DNA of 64,000 nt, from positions 19,096,001 to 19,160,000 of the forward strand of contig NC_043006.1 in the NCBI RefSeq assembly GCF_006345805.1, in the 5' to 3' direction. Each line of letters starts with the position of its first letter. Position 1 is the first letter of the stretch. Origin of the DNA: Octopus sinensis (lineage: Eukaryota). Positions 1-12,237 of the stretch are shown here, one piece after another. The position numbers and the translations under genes are program-made. The notes below the pieces were generated by a model that was not told where the DNA came from, made no database searches, and saw only the letters and a program-made list of their open reading frames with translations.

Positions 1-1300
1 CCATGTTTTCGGGTATTTTGTATTTGGAGGAATAACATTTATTGTACCACTTAGTTCTCCTGTCTACTTGAGTCTTCTTCTATTGAGTATTTAGATCATG
101 CTATGCTAAATAGTATATCTCTTCCAGTATATGATTGCTAGCAATATTTAAAATCTATGTGTATTTTCAGAATAAACTGGCTGTAATAGTCTCATTTACC
201 TTAATTACCAAAATGCTCAGAAAAGGAAATTCTTTATCATTCCTCCCCATTGTGAAATACATTGATTTATTAATGCTATTGATTAATTTAAAGAATATTG
301 TAAGGTCTTTTAACTATTCCAAAATATGACGCAGTCACCTAGGAGTCTTTACAAGTTTTTGTTTTAATTGGATTAGAATTGCTGACAAAATGTTGTCCCT
401 GGACGGACATAGATTTCTTTCTAAGAACCCCATTGCCAGTTTTACAAACATGAGAACAAATTTCGAGTTTATTACTGTTCCTTCACTGACGGTAATATTA
501 GTTATCAAATATGTAGTTGTTCTCAAGTTCCAATCGTAATCCTTGTAGGATAAATTATTTTGGGAATTTCTCCTGAATTCTGTATGGGAATTTGTCTACA
601 TTGGGTCCGACTATTTCCAGTCCTAATCCATGGGAAATATTTCTGTAGAAGCGGGACACATTGAAATCAACAAGAGTCGTTTCTATACTTTCTGACGATC
701 TCTATCTCAGAAACTGAGGTGCATAATGGTTTTAATATGATGTACAGTACATTGCTTATTCGTTAGTAGTTTGATGTTGGAATTACAATAATCGATTATA
801 TATTTAAATCGGACGGTTCGGGAAACATTTCATTAATGGTATGGTGGTCCTTTAAACTGTTATAGATGTCGTTACGTTTAGACATTTTCGATATTAAATA
901 AAGTTGTTTGCATCAGCCTCAAGTTAAAGAATCTAACTCCCTGTTGCGTTAAATTGTATTTAAATTCATTCAATAATTTTGTTTATTGCTTTTTTGTTTG
1001 TTTGTTCGTTTAACATTGTTTTTTTTTCGTAGAAATGTAGACTGTATTGTTATTGTAAGATTATATCTAATCTATTCTTGTCTCTTATCAAAAAGGCTCT
1101 TATTTTGTCAGCTATTGAAACGACTATATAGGAATATTTCTGTATATATTCGAATGCCTTATGATTTTCATTTATCATGTTTAATTTTCTACGGTTTACT
1201 ACCCAAATATATTATTCATGTATATAAGATACAGCAAATTATATGTATTTCCATTATCCAGTTTACATCTTAATGAATTACCTTAAGCGAACATGAGATT
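1..1300 (-). mobile_element. Decayed Penelope-like element (PLE) reverse transcriptase remnant
   Basis: Minus-strand translation across frameshifts gives PLE RT-like blocks: IADKIRAFLIRD (cf. KADKGGAIVIMD), VLYIILKPL, DFNVSRFYRNISHGLGLE, KGTVINSKFVLMFVKLAMGFLE (cf. GTAMGTKFAPxYAxLxMGYLE), LGDCVIFW (decayed xLDD), FTMGRNDKEFPFLSILV. Many stops; continues beyond the window start. Confidence 0.85.
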
Positions 1301-2169
1301 TACTACATGTACGAATGTCACTCTGATCGATGATTTTGAACGTATCTCTCACCTCTACTAGATTGTGGAGTTTTGTAAAATAATGTTCATATATCCTGGC
1401 GCTAAGCCCTTTTTTCTTCTTTGCATTGGCAAAAATATTTGTAAATAGTGCTGATTTTGAAGCATATTCATCAGGTTCTATCTGTTGGTTCGTTGGTTGG
1501 ATGATGTTTTCTTTTGTGTTGCGATGGTTGCTGGCCAGGTACTTCCTTGGAGCATTACCGTCCCGTATAATGTCGACATGTAAATATTTACACTAGTGGA
1601 CAAGTATCGCCATCTGAATAGAAGAGTTAAGTGATGTAACAGAAATATTCACAAATTAGGTGCTTCGAGGGTTACGAAAATGGCTAAAATGCACAATACT
1701 CCGCAAGTACTCAGAGTAATTGATCAACGTTTAGAATGGTTTAAGAGCTGTGGATACACAGACACAAACGTCCTAAATAGTCTCGACCCTCGCCAAGAGG
1801 AACGGCTGAGTCAATATATCTACAAGAGGAATTTCTACTAATCATAAGTAAAGCTATGAATGTATTTAATGAGGGTCAGGTGAGAAAATTTCACTAAGGC
1901 ATCCAGAAACTTTTGTCAAGACAAGTTGCGTAATCAGTCCACGCCTGTAATATACACCCACCAGTCCGCCACTGTATGGAGTAAGTAGCCTTAAATCGCT
2001 AAAGAGCAGAAACGACACGTATTTGCAATCACAAAAGTGTGGAAGAAACTTTTGCTTGCTCGGCAGAGATTTCCTACCGCAGCAATTATGGAAAATCAGT
2101 GCAAAAACATTGTGAAGGAGCGTTGATATTTATATGTATTTCACTCTTTTATCTTTCTTTTATCTTTCT

Positions 2170-2561
2170 TTTATCTTTTATTTGTTTCAGTCATTTGACT
2201 GCGGCCATGCTGGAGCACCGCCTTTAGTCGAGCAAATCGACCCCGGGACTTATTCTTTGTAAGCCCAGTACTTATTCTATCGGTCTCTTTTGCCGAACCG
2301 CTAAGTGACGGGGACGTAAACACACCAGCATCGGTTGTCAAGCAATGCTAGGGGGACAAACACACAAACACACACACATATATATATATACATATATACG
2401 ACAGGCTTCTTTCAGTTTCCGTCTACCAAATCCACTCACAAGGCATTGGTCGGCCCGGGGCTATAGCAGAAGACACTTGCCCAAGATGCCACGCAGTGGG
2501 ACTGAACCCGGAGCCATGTGGTTGGTTAGCAAGCTACTTACCACACAGCCACTCCTGCGCC
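2170..2561 (-). mobile_element. tRNA-derived SINE family A (head, internal (TA/CA)n, second body, tail)
   Basis: Reverse complement starts GGCGCAGGAGTGGCTGTGTGG (A box) with GGTTCAGTCCC (B box); near-identical copies elsewhere in the window. Confidence 0.9.
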
Positions 2562-3126
2562 TGATGTGTTATGTTGCTCTATTACGTTTTAAATGTTTCC
2601 ACTGTGTTCGTGATATGTTTTTAGTTCTTCCATTAACGATAATGGTTTGTTTATTTGTTGTTATGTAGTTTAATATTTCTAGATTATTCAGATTTGGATT
2701 TATTTTCACGAGAGAATATGGCTGTTATCTTATCTTTTATCTTTTACTTATTTCTGTCATTTGACTGCAGCTATACTTGGGCACCGTCGTCTTGAAGAGT
2801 TTAGCTGAACAAATTGACGCCAATACTTAAAAAAAAAAACTGGTACTTAAAATAACATTGCTAGAAAAGCAGTGTGGAATAGCAAACACAAACAGTGAAA
2901 CACGCATGCACACATACACACACATATGTATTTAGATATATAGATATATACACATATATATATACATGCACACACATATACTCATACACATACGTAAACC
3001 TACGCACACGTATACATGTTTGAGTGAGTACATATATCTATCCGACTAACGGGAACTTGAAACTGGGTAACAGTTCTGTGATAATTTGCAACTTTAATAA
3101 AAAGTACACAGACACACACAAACGTA

Positions 3127-3195
<69 letters not shown>
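3127..3195. repeat. (CT)n microsatellite
   Basis: Direct reading. Confidence 0.95.
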
Positions 3196-3196
<1 letters not shown>

Positions 3197-3555
3197 ATCA
3201 CAACGCGCTTCTTTAACTTTCTGTCTTCCAAATCCACTCACAATGATTTGGTCGGCTTGGGGCTATAGTAGTTTTGTTTTCCAGCTAGGTTGCTTCCGCT
3301 TAGCAGTTTCATTACCATATATGCTGCATATTTCTCCTAGGTGTTCTTTAAGAGTGTCACCAGCTGTGTATATTGGGGTATTAATATTTTACAGTAATTA
3401 ACATCACATGATTCCATGCGTTCTCCAGCGACATCGAAGTAGATCTTGGTTTAGATGTAGAGTCCAACTAAAATGAGAGGAGTACTTAAATCTTCTCAGA
3501 TAGATTCTGGTGCTTTGGTGCTGTGGTGCTGTTCTCGTTCATGGTATTGTTATTT

Positions 3556-3775
3556 CAAGGCGGCGAGCTGGCAGAAACGTTAGCAGGCCGGGCGAAATGC
3601 TTATCGGTATTTCGTCTGCCGTTACGTTCTGAGTTCAGGCAAAGGCCTTTCATCCTTCCGGGGTCGATAAAATAAGTACCAGTTACGCACTGGGGTCGAT
3701 GTAATCGACTTAATCCGTTTGACTGTCCTTGTTTGTCCTCTCTGTGTTTAGCCCCTTGTGGGTAGTAAAGAAATA
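3556..3775 (+). mobile_element. SINE family B copy with 13-bp TSD
   Basis: GGCGGCGAGCTGGCAGAAACG head, GCCCCTTGTGGGTAGTAAAG tail; TSD GGTATTGTTATTT at 3543-3555 and 3776-3788. Confidence 0.9.
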
Positions 3776-4002
3776 GGTATTGTTATTTATTCCAGCCATA
3801 ATCAATCTAGTGACGTTTAATGTTTTAAAATCCGGTTTGAAAAACGGTACTTGGGTTCATAAAAGGTTTATTTCTTATTTATAATGGTACAATGGGAGAA
3901 ATAAACAAGTTATTGATTTAAGCTGGAATTTGCATAAATGTAAAAGAAAATGTTTAAATGGTCTTCTACGCTTGCACATCTGACATTGACTGTATTATCT
4001 AG

Positions 4003-4320
4003 TATGTACGTATGTATGTATGTATGTATGTATGTATGTATGTATGTATGTATGTATGCATGTATATATGTATGTATATATGTATGTATGCATGTATGTA
4101 TATATGTATGTATGCATGTATGTATGTATGTATGTATGTATGTATGTATGCATGTATGTATGTATGTATGTATGCATGTATGTATATATGTATGTATATA
4201 TGTATGTATATATGTATGTATGCATGTATGTATGTATATATGAATGTATGTATGTATGTATGTATGTATGTATGTATGTATGTATGTATGTATGTATGTA
4301 TGTATATATGTATGTATGTA
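4003..4320. repeat. (TATG)n compound microsatellite
   Basis: Direct reading; source of the MYVC/HTYI ORFs. Confidence 0.95.
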
Positions 4321-4424
4321 TTGTGTTTATTAAAATTTAGGTGTTTTGTAACAAAGCGGCCAGATTTTAAGCATGTATTTACGTACGTATGCATGTACGT
4401 ATGTATATTTCTCTCTTTCTCTTT

Positions 4425-4609
4425 CTCTCTTTTACTTGTTTCAATCATTTGACTGAGACCATGCTGGAGCACCGCCTTTAATCAAGCAAATCTATCCCAG
4501 AACTTATTCTTTATAAGCCTAGTACTTATTCTATCGTCTCTTTTGCCGAACCGCTAAGTAACGGGGACGTAGACACGTCATCAACATCGGTTGCCAAACA
4601 CACACACAT

Positions 4610-4654
<45 letters not shown>

Positions 4655-4816
4655 CGACGGGCTTCTTTCAGTTTCCGTCTACCAAATTCACTCACAAGGC
4701 TTGGTCGGACTGAGGTTATAGTAGAAGACACTTGCTCAAGGTGCCACACAGTGGGACTGAACCTGGAACCATGTGGTTGGTAAGCAAGCTACTTACTACA
4801 CAGCCACCCCTGCGCC
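4425..4816 (-). mobile_element. SINE family A copy
   Basis: Homologous to 2170-2561. Confidence 0.9.
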
Positions 4817-5530
4817 TATATCTGTATATATATAGAAATATTAATACATACATCACGAAAGTGACTGAGGCCACTAGTTAGCACCAAAAATATTGCCAGA
4901 AATAAGTGTTAAAACAACTCATAGCCACAAAATGTACTTATCTTAATGATTGACGTATGAGTTGTATTAACACATATTTCTAGCAATACTTGTGCTGGCT
5001 AGTGCTCTCAGTAATTTTCGAAACGTATATATTTCTGACTTTCAGTTGTAAAATTGTGAACAAGCCACCTTTATTATGTATGTATGTATGCATGCATGAA
5101 TATATGCATGCATGCATGTATGCAAGTATGCATGTATGTACACATGAATGAATGCATACATGTATGTACGTATTACTAGTGTTTATTAAAGTGTGAGTGT
5201 ATCGAAGGAAATTAGGGAAAAGCTTTTGCAAAATGCCATTAAGTGCGAAAGGTGAAAACCACTAATTTTAATTAAGAAATGAATTTAGACCTATTAACCT
5301 TAGCTTATGAAATGAATGTTAATCCAATACTCACATGTACGAAGTCAATGAGAGTCCAACATATTCTAGCGTGAGAAATCAATTCTTTGTTCACTGTCCT
5401 AATTGAATTCTAACCTTAGTGCTACTCACAATTGTTTATGAGATCAATGTGACCGCTGTCCAATATAGTATAATATAAGAGTGCTTGACTCTACACACCG
5501 GAGCAAACTTTTAGCCTAATGAGCTGGTTT

Positions 5531-5590
<60 letters not shown>

Positions 5591-5633
5591 TATGAAAGAA
5601 TGGAGTTGAACGACGAATTAACAAAATTCTTTA

Positions 5634-5716
5634 TTTTCGACATGTGTTTCGAAGGCTGCATATTCCTAATTGCGAAGGAATAAGGAGTATATTATGCCGC
5701 TTTCTCATCAGGAAAA
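5634..5716 (-). ncRNA. Type I hammerhead ribozyme with full consensus core
   Basis: Minus strand: UUUUC-CUGAUGA-GAA...UUC-GAAAC-ACAU-GUC-GAAAA; G10.1-C11.1, GUC triplet, extended helix II; predicted cut between 5639 and 5638. Confidence 0.75.
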
Positions 5717-5867
5717 GCAAGGAGCTTATGTCAACATCAAGATGCACAAAAAACTTTTAGATGACTGCTCACACGGAACCCATAGTGATAATGAGTGTCT
5801 CTTTAAAAAATTACTTTATAAGGAGTGACGTCAAAATGGTTGGATGTAGAAGAATCTAGAAACTACT

Positions 5868-5942
<75 letters not shown>

Positions 5943-6014
5943 GTGACCTCGTGAGCACCGCCAACAATTTTCTTTTCTTCTGTCTTCCCTTCTCGGGATC
6001 TTTCCTTCTCTTTT

Positions 6015-6049
6015 GTTTCCGACGAAGAGCTCCGCTCGAAACGTTAAAC
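6015..6049 (+). ncRNA. Minimal PLE-type hammerhead motif with U4C substitution
   Basis: GUUU-CCGACGA-A-GAGC-UCC-GCUC-GAAAC-GU-U-AAAC; lies in a ~215-bp island (5940-6155) between (TA)n tracts. Confidence 0.6.
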
Positions 6050-6150
6050 CCTCCTTCCCTTCTTTCCTGTGCGTCCAATAATACTTTATTTGTTCCACGT
6101 CCTCGCGTTGCTGTGTTTTTTTGTGTTTTTTTGTGTTTTCTTGTTTGGAT

Positions 6151-6199
<49 letters not shown>

Positions 6200-6921
6200 T
6201 AAATTATATAAATAAGGATAATATCATTATTTAAATACCGATTTTATCAAGCGGCCAGCATGGGAATAAAAACCTTCAAAGGTAATAATTATAATATGTA
6301 TATATATGTATATATATGCTGGAAATAGCAGCCAAAACTTGATTCTAAACCCACATTAAATGTTCATACAGCACCAGGAGGGAAGACAAAAAGACAAAGA
6401 GCCAGAAATCCGGAATCTGGAATTATCCAGTAAATTTTGGCTAGTTTACGTTGTCTTTTTGACCGTTAAATAAAGGTAAATTACTGTGTGGTTGACCGTT
6501 ATTAAGACAAAAGAGCTGTTAGAATGACCGCTAAGTAAGGGTTGGGAGTAAAGGTAAAGGAGTAAAAATTTTCATAGCAATCGCGTAAGCGCGCATGTCA
6601 TTACATACACATGCGCGCCCGGAAACCCACGTACATGTACCTATATGTATATATTCATCCACCCTGACTTGAAACACACACATGCTCACCCGCACATTCA
6701 CCAAAAATATACATACATATCCGCTTACACGCTCGCACACACACACACAGACAGGCGCACAAAAATGGTTCATACACACGTCTATATACGCACATGCACA
6801 AGAGAAAGCAGGGTTAAAGGCAAAATACAGAAAAATGTGTAACAAAAGTGCAAAAAATAAGCAATAAGAATAAAAAGTAAAAGATATTGTTTTACCAATG
6901 ATTGTCTTAATATTTCTGTCA

Positions 6922-6954
<33 letters not shown>

Positions 6955-7165
6955 TATAAGCAAGAAGGGTAGTATATTATTTACTACCAGGTGCCCAGCA
7001 CAAAAGACGAATTAGTCGTAAGACAAAAATATTATTCATATAGAAAAATATTATTCATGTGGTTATACAATTAAGGGCTCCTAAATAAAGACGCCGAGTG
7101 CCGGGAACACAAAAAGTGGATGAATTTATCGAGAGTGAAAATCAAAAACGTTTACCGATAACTTT

Positions 7166-7247
7166 AACAACTCGTACCGCGGTTTCTGCTTCTTTCTAGC
7201 AAAACACAGAATATGTTTGCTAAGGCTGGCTTCATCAGCGAGTCGCC
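7166..7247 (-). ncRNA. Type I hammerhead-like motif, unit 1
   Basis: GGCGACUCG-CUGAUGA-[AGC...long hairpin...GCA]-GAAA-CCGCGG-UA-CGAGUUGUU; 9-bp helix I with G-U pairs, palindrome ACCGCGGU, GUA triplet; atypical A/A juxtaposition at 10.1/11.1. Confidence 0.7.
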
Positions 7248-7610
7248 TGAATTTAATCGAGGTCTGCATCGATGTGGGGCTATATGTTACACCCGACTAC
7301 TAGCAGATCTTAACTTTTCAAATCTCTGCGCAGACGCAAAATTTACACGGGCATGCCGGGAAGAATTTTACGAATAAATTCATCATGTAGTATGCGAATA
7401 TAAGCAAGAAGGGTAGTAATATTATTTACTACCAGGTGCCCAGCACAAAAGACGAATTAGTCGTAAGACAAAAATATTATTCATATAGAAAAATATTATT
7501 CATGTGGTTATACAATTAAGGGCTCCTAAATAAAGATGCCGAGTGCCGGGAACACAAAAAGGGGATGAATTTATCGAGAGTGAAAATCAAAAACGTTTAC
7601 CGATAACTTT

Positions 7611-7692
7611 AACAACTCGTACCGCGGTTTCTGCTTCTTTCTAGCAAAACACAGAATATGTTTGCTAAGGCTGGCTTCATCAGCGAGTCGCC
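7611..7692 (-). ncRNA. Type I hammerhead-like motif, unit 2
   Basis: Identical to 7166-7247, 445 nt away. Confidence 0.7.
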
Positions 7693-7861
7693 TGAATTTA
7701 ATCGAGGTCTGCATCGATGTGGGGCTATATGTTAAACCCGACTACTAGCAGATCTTAACTTTTCAAATCTCTGCGCAGACGCAAAATTTACACGGGTATG
7801 CGGGAAGAATTTTACGAATATTCATCATGTAGTATGCGAATATAAGCAAGAAGGGTGGTAA

Positions 7862-7885
7862 TATATATATATATATATATATAAT

Positions 7886-7953
<68 letters not shown>

Positions 7954-8046
7954 TAATTATAATATATATAATAATATAATATATATCTATATATATATAA
8001 TATAATATATATATATATATATATATAATATAATATTATAATATAT

Positions 8047-8091
<45 letters not shown>

Positions 8092-8238
8092 TAAATATAT
8101 ATATAGATATATTAATATATATATATATATAATATATATATATAATATAATATAATATATATATATATATTATATATATACATACATATATATATATATA
8201 ATATAATATATATATATAATATAATATATATATATATA

Positions 8239-8276
<38 letters not shown>

Positions 8277-8277
8277 C

Positions 8278-8332
<55 letters not shown>

Positions 8333-8354
8333 AATATATATATTATATATATAT

Positions 8355-8387
<33 letters not shown>

Positions 8388-8506
8388 ATATAATATATAC
8401 ATATATATATATATAATATAATATATATAATAATATAATATATATATATATATAATATATATATAATATATATAATATATATATTATATAATATATATAT
8501 ATAATA

Positions 8507-8578
<72 letters not shown>
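7862..8578. repeat. Long degenerate (TA)n tract
   Basis: Direct reading. Confidence 0.95.
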
Positions 8579-8579
<1 letters not shown>

Positions 8580-8580
<1 letters not shown>

Positions 8581-10025
8581 GACCTCACATCAGCAAGGTC
8601 ATGGAACGAATAGTCAGAAGGAAGCTGATCACCTTCCTTGAAGAAAATGACTTGCTGCCCGACACCCAACATGGTTTCCGACCAGGGAGAAGCTGTTTAA
8701 CTCAGCTCCTACAACTTATGACTGGGTGCTGAAACGGCTGCTCAACCACTCAAATGTGGAAGTGATATATCTCGACTTTGCAAGGCCTTTGATAAAGTCG
8801 ATCATGGAATGATATGTCACAAACTGCGTGATCTCAACATAGTTGGAAAACTGGGAGAATGGCTTCATGACTTCTGAAAGATAGAAGTCAGGTGGTAGTG
8901 GCCAATGGGGCCACTTATATTAACACGCAAATAGTGAGCGGTGTTCCGCAGGGCACTGTTCTGGGACACTACTGTTCATAATGGCCCTCTCAGACATGCC
9001 CTCAGCCACGCAGAGAGCCACGATCACAAGTATGCAGATGATACAAAAGTTCACAGGCAATACAGAACCCTGAGGACACTAAACGCCTGCAATGTGAGCT
9101 GGACAAAATATACAAGTGGGCCCGAAAAGAATAGCATGCAGTTCAATGCTGAAAAGTTTCAAGCTCTATACTATCAGCATGCAAAACAAATGCAATACCC
9201 AATGAATACACTGGACCCGGAGGAATAATAGCAATCCCAGAGGCACAACCAGTGCGTGACCTAGGTATTTACATGAGTGATGACGCGACTTTCGTGTACA
9301 TGTTGCTAAATGGCAATGAAATGTAGACGACTGGCCGATGGATCCTCAGACCTTTAGAACAAGAGAACAAGAAACCATGATGGTCCTCTGGAGGACACTT
9401 GTCCTAAGCCACTTTGACTACTGCTTAGTTATGGTCACCATCCAGTGTCAAGTTGATCACAGAGCTCGAGGCGATCCAACGTAGCTACACGAAGAAGATA
9501 GCCTCTATGCAGAATGTAAGCTACTGGGAAAGACTCAGGAAATTAAAATTATATTCCCTGGAGCGTAGGTGGGAAGATATGCCATAATATGCATCTGGAA
9601 GATCCTGGAGGGAAGTGTCCTGAACTTTGGCATCGACGAGAGTTACGCAAATGCCAGAACTGGCGCCACTGCGTGGTGCCTAGGACTCCAAACTTGCCAT
9701 CAAGATGTAGGACAAGATTCTGTGATAGCCTGGGCTTCCGAGGCCCACAGCTCTTCAATATCCTCCCGAAGAACCTGAGAGACCTGCATGGGTGGATACA
9801 GATGTCTTTAAAATGAAGCTGGATCTCTTCCTGTCAGGTGTCCCAGATGAACCAACTTCACGGCAGGAGGGGCAGATGAGGGCAGCTGCATCGAACTCTT
9901 CATGCACCAAATAGCAGCTGCTAGAAAGCCTTCATGAAGTGAAACCAAGTAGCAACACCAAATGGCGGTGCCCCAGCATGGCCACAGCTCATAAGCTGAA
10001 ACTGGAAAAAATCAAAATCAAAACA
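8580..10025 (+). mobile_element. 5'-truncated CR1/L2-type LINE (RT and 3' end), frameshifted
   Basis: Translation gives SKVMERIVRRKLITFLEENDLLPDTQHGFRPGRSCLTQLL, VIYLDFAKAF, SGVPQG, YADDTK; tail of AAAATC-like repeats. Confidence 0.9.
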
Positions 10026-10111
10026 AAATCATATACATATATATATATATATATTATATATTTATATATTATATATATATATATACATATATATATTTAT
10101 ATATTATATAG

Positions 10112-10142
<31 letters not shown>

Positions 10143-10181
10143 CATATATATATATTATATATATATTATATATATATATTA

Positions 10182-10222
<41 letters not shown>

Positions 10223-10391
10223 ATATATATATATAATATATATATATACATATATATATATATTTATATATATAATATATATTATATATATATATATATA
10301 CATATAATATATTATATATATATTTATATATTATATATATATAATATACATATATATATATACATAATATATATATACATATATAATATAC

Positions 10392-10424
<33 letters not shown>

Positions 10425-10499
10425 AATATATATATATATAAATATATATATATATTATATATAAATATATATATATAAATATAATATATACTCTTTTTT

Positions 10500-10895
10500 T
10501 TTTTTTTACTCTTTTTACTTGTTTCAGTCATTTGACTGCGGCCATGCTGGAGCACCGCCTTTAGTCGAGCAAATCGACCCCGGGACTTATTCTTTGTAAG
10601 CCCAGTACTTATTCTATCGGTCTCTTTTTTGCCGAACCGCTAAGTGACGTAAACACACCAGCATCGGCTGTCAAGCAATGCTAGGGGGACAAACACAGAC
10701 ACACAAACACACACACATATATATACATATATACGACGGGCTTCTTTCAGTTTCCGTCTACCAAATCCACTCACAAGGCATTGGTCGGCCCGGGGCTATA
10801 GCAGAAGCACTTGCCCAAGATGCCACGCAGTGGGGACCCGGACGGAACCATGTGGTTGGTTAGCAAGCTACTTACCACACAGCCACTCATGCGCC
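10500..10895 (-). mobile_element. SINE family A copy
   Basis: Homologous to 2170-2561. Confidence 0.9.
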
Positions 10896-10926
<31 letters not shown>

Positions 10927-11371
10927 CATATCGTGATTAAGAACACTGACTTCTGAAATTTGTCCGCTCTTTATCGGTCCTATCTTTATCGATCCTCTTT
11001 TTATCGGTCAATTTTACCGCACCGCTAGTTTAATGGACGGCGTAATGCAACACCGAATGTCAAGTCGTAGTATGGGGTAAACATAAACATAACCGCATGT
11101 GTATACATACATACAGAAATACATATGCATACACACACGCATGTGTGTATGAATGTCTGTATGTGTACGTATGTATATGTATACATGTATCTGTTTGTGC
11201 ATATATATATATATACATATGTACATATATATATATATATATATTTATACATATATATATACATATATATTTATACATATATATATACATATATATACAT
11301 ATATATACATATATATATATATAATGAAAAAAATAAGTTATGTGTGTATGATTGGGTGAATGTATACCGAT

Positions 11372-11372
11372 G

Positions 11373-11461
<89 letters not shown>
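11372..11461. repeat. (GATA)n microsatellite
   Basis: Direct reading; another at ~19658-19765. Confidence 0.95.
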
Positions 11462-11462
<1 letters not shown>

Positions 11463-11739
11463 GGTCAGTCGGGTTATTTTTACTATCACTGTGACGAGAC
11501 ACACTGTTCCCTGTTTCATCTCTGAGGAATGAACTCAATTGTAATTCTTACTGAAAATATACGTCAATTATGAGTTTATTCTCTGGTGACACTTCCTGAC
11601 ATCGCATTGAAAATTTTAAAAAATACTTCGTCTGTGACGTCAAACCGGAAAAATATAGGACACTGACTTCTTAGATTTGCATGCACTTGTCTAAATCTAC
11701 CGGTAAAGCGCTTAATACATCTATCTGTCTATTATATGT

Positions 11740-12220
11740 ATGTATGTGTTTGTTGCTTGTGTCTGTATTTGTCCCCTCACCTTCGCTTGACAACCGATGC
11801 AGGTGTGTCTACGTCCTCGTCACGTAGCGGTTCGGCAAGAAGCGACCGATAAAATAAATATTAGGCTTACAAAAAATAAGTCCTGAGGTTGATTTTATTC
11901 GACTAAAGGTGGTGCTCCAGCATGACCGCAGTTAAATGACTGAAACAAGTAAAAAGACCCCCTTCGGTCATGATGACCATGGGATTGCACCTAGAAAGTT
12001 ACCCTCCTAGACACAAGTCCGGGCAGGTTGTTTATGGAAGACCAGCAGTCGCCATGCATACCGCCTCCCCTCTCACGCCACTGATGGTATCCAAGGGAAA
12101 GAACAAAGGTCGATACAGCTTGGCACCAGTGACGTCGCAACTCATTTCTACAGCTGAGTGAACTGGAGCAACGTGAAATAAAGTGCCTAGTAATAAAGTG
12201 CCTGAAACAAGTAAAAGAGT
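11740..12220. mobile_element. SINE A 3' half (+) interrupted at its tail by a truncated SINE family D copy (-, ~11956-12200)
   Basis: TGAAACAAGTAAAA is duplicated at ~11940 and ~12203 around the D fragment, which matches 58670-58982. Confidence 0.75.
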
Positions 12221-12237
12221 ATATATATATATATATA

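Larger units (their letters stand above)
6955..7862 (-). repeat. Tandem 442-445 bp repeat (2 units plus the start of a third), one hammerhead motif per unit; retrozyme-like
   Basis: Unit starts TAAGCAAGAAGGG at 6957, 7401 and 7843; units nearly identical; flanked by (TA)n on both sides. Confidence 0.9.

Noticed and set aside
3950-4472. Long MYVC/HTYI ORFs, and similar YI-rich ORFs at 8036, 11014-11385, 18816-19177, 20097-21074 and 33682-34208
   Set aside because: Translations of microsatellites lacking stop codons; not genes.
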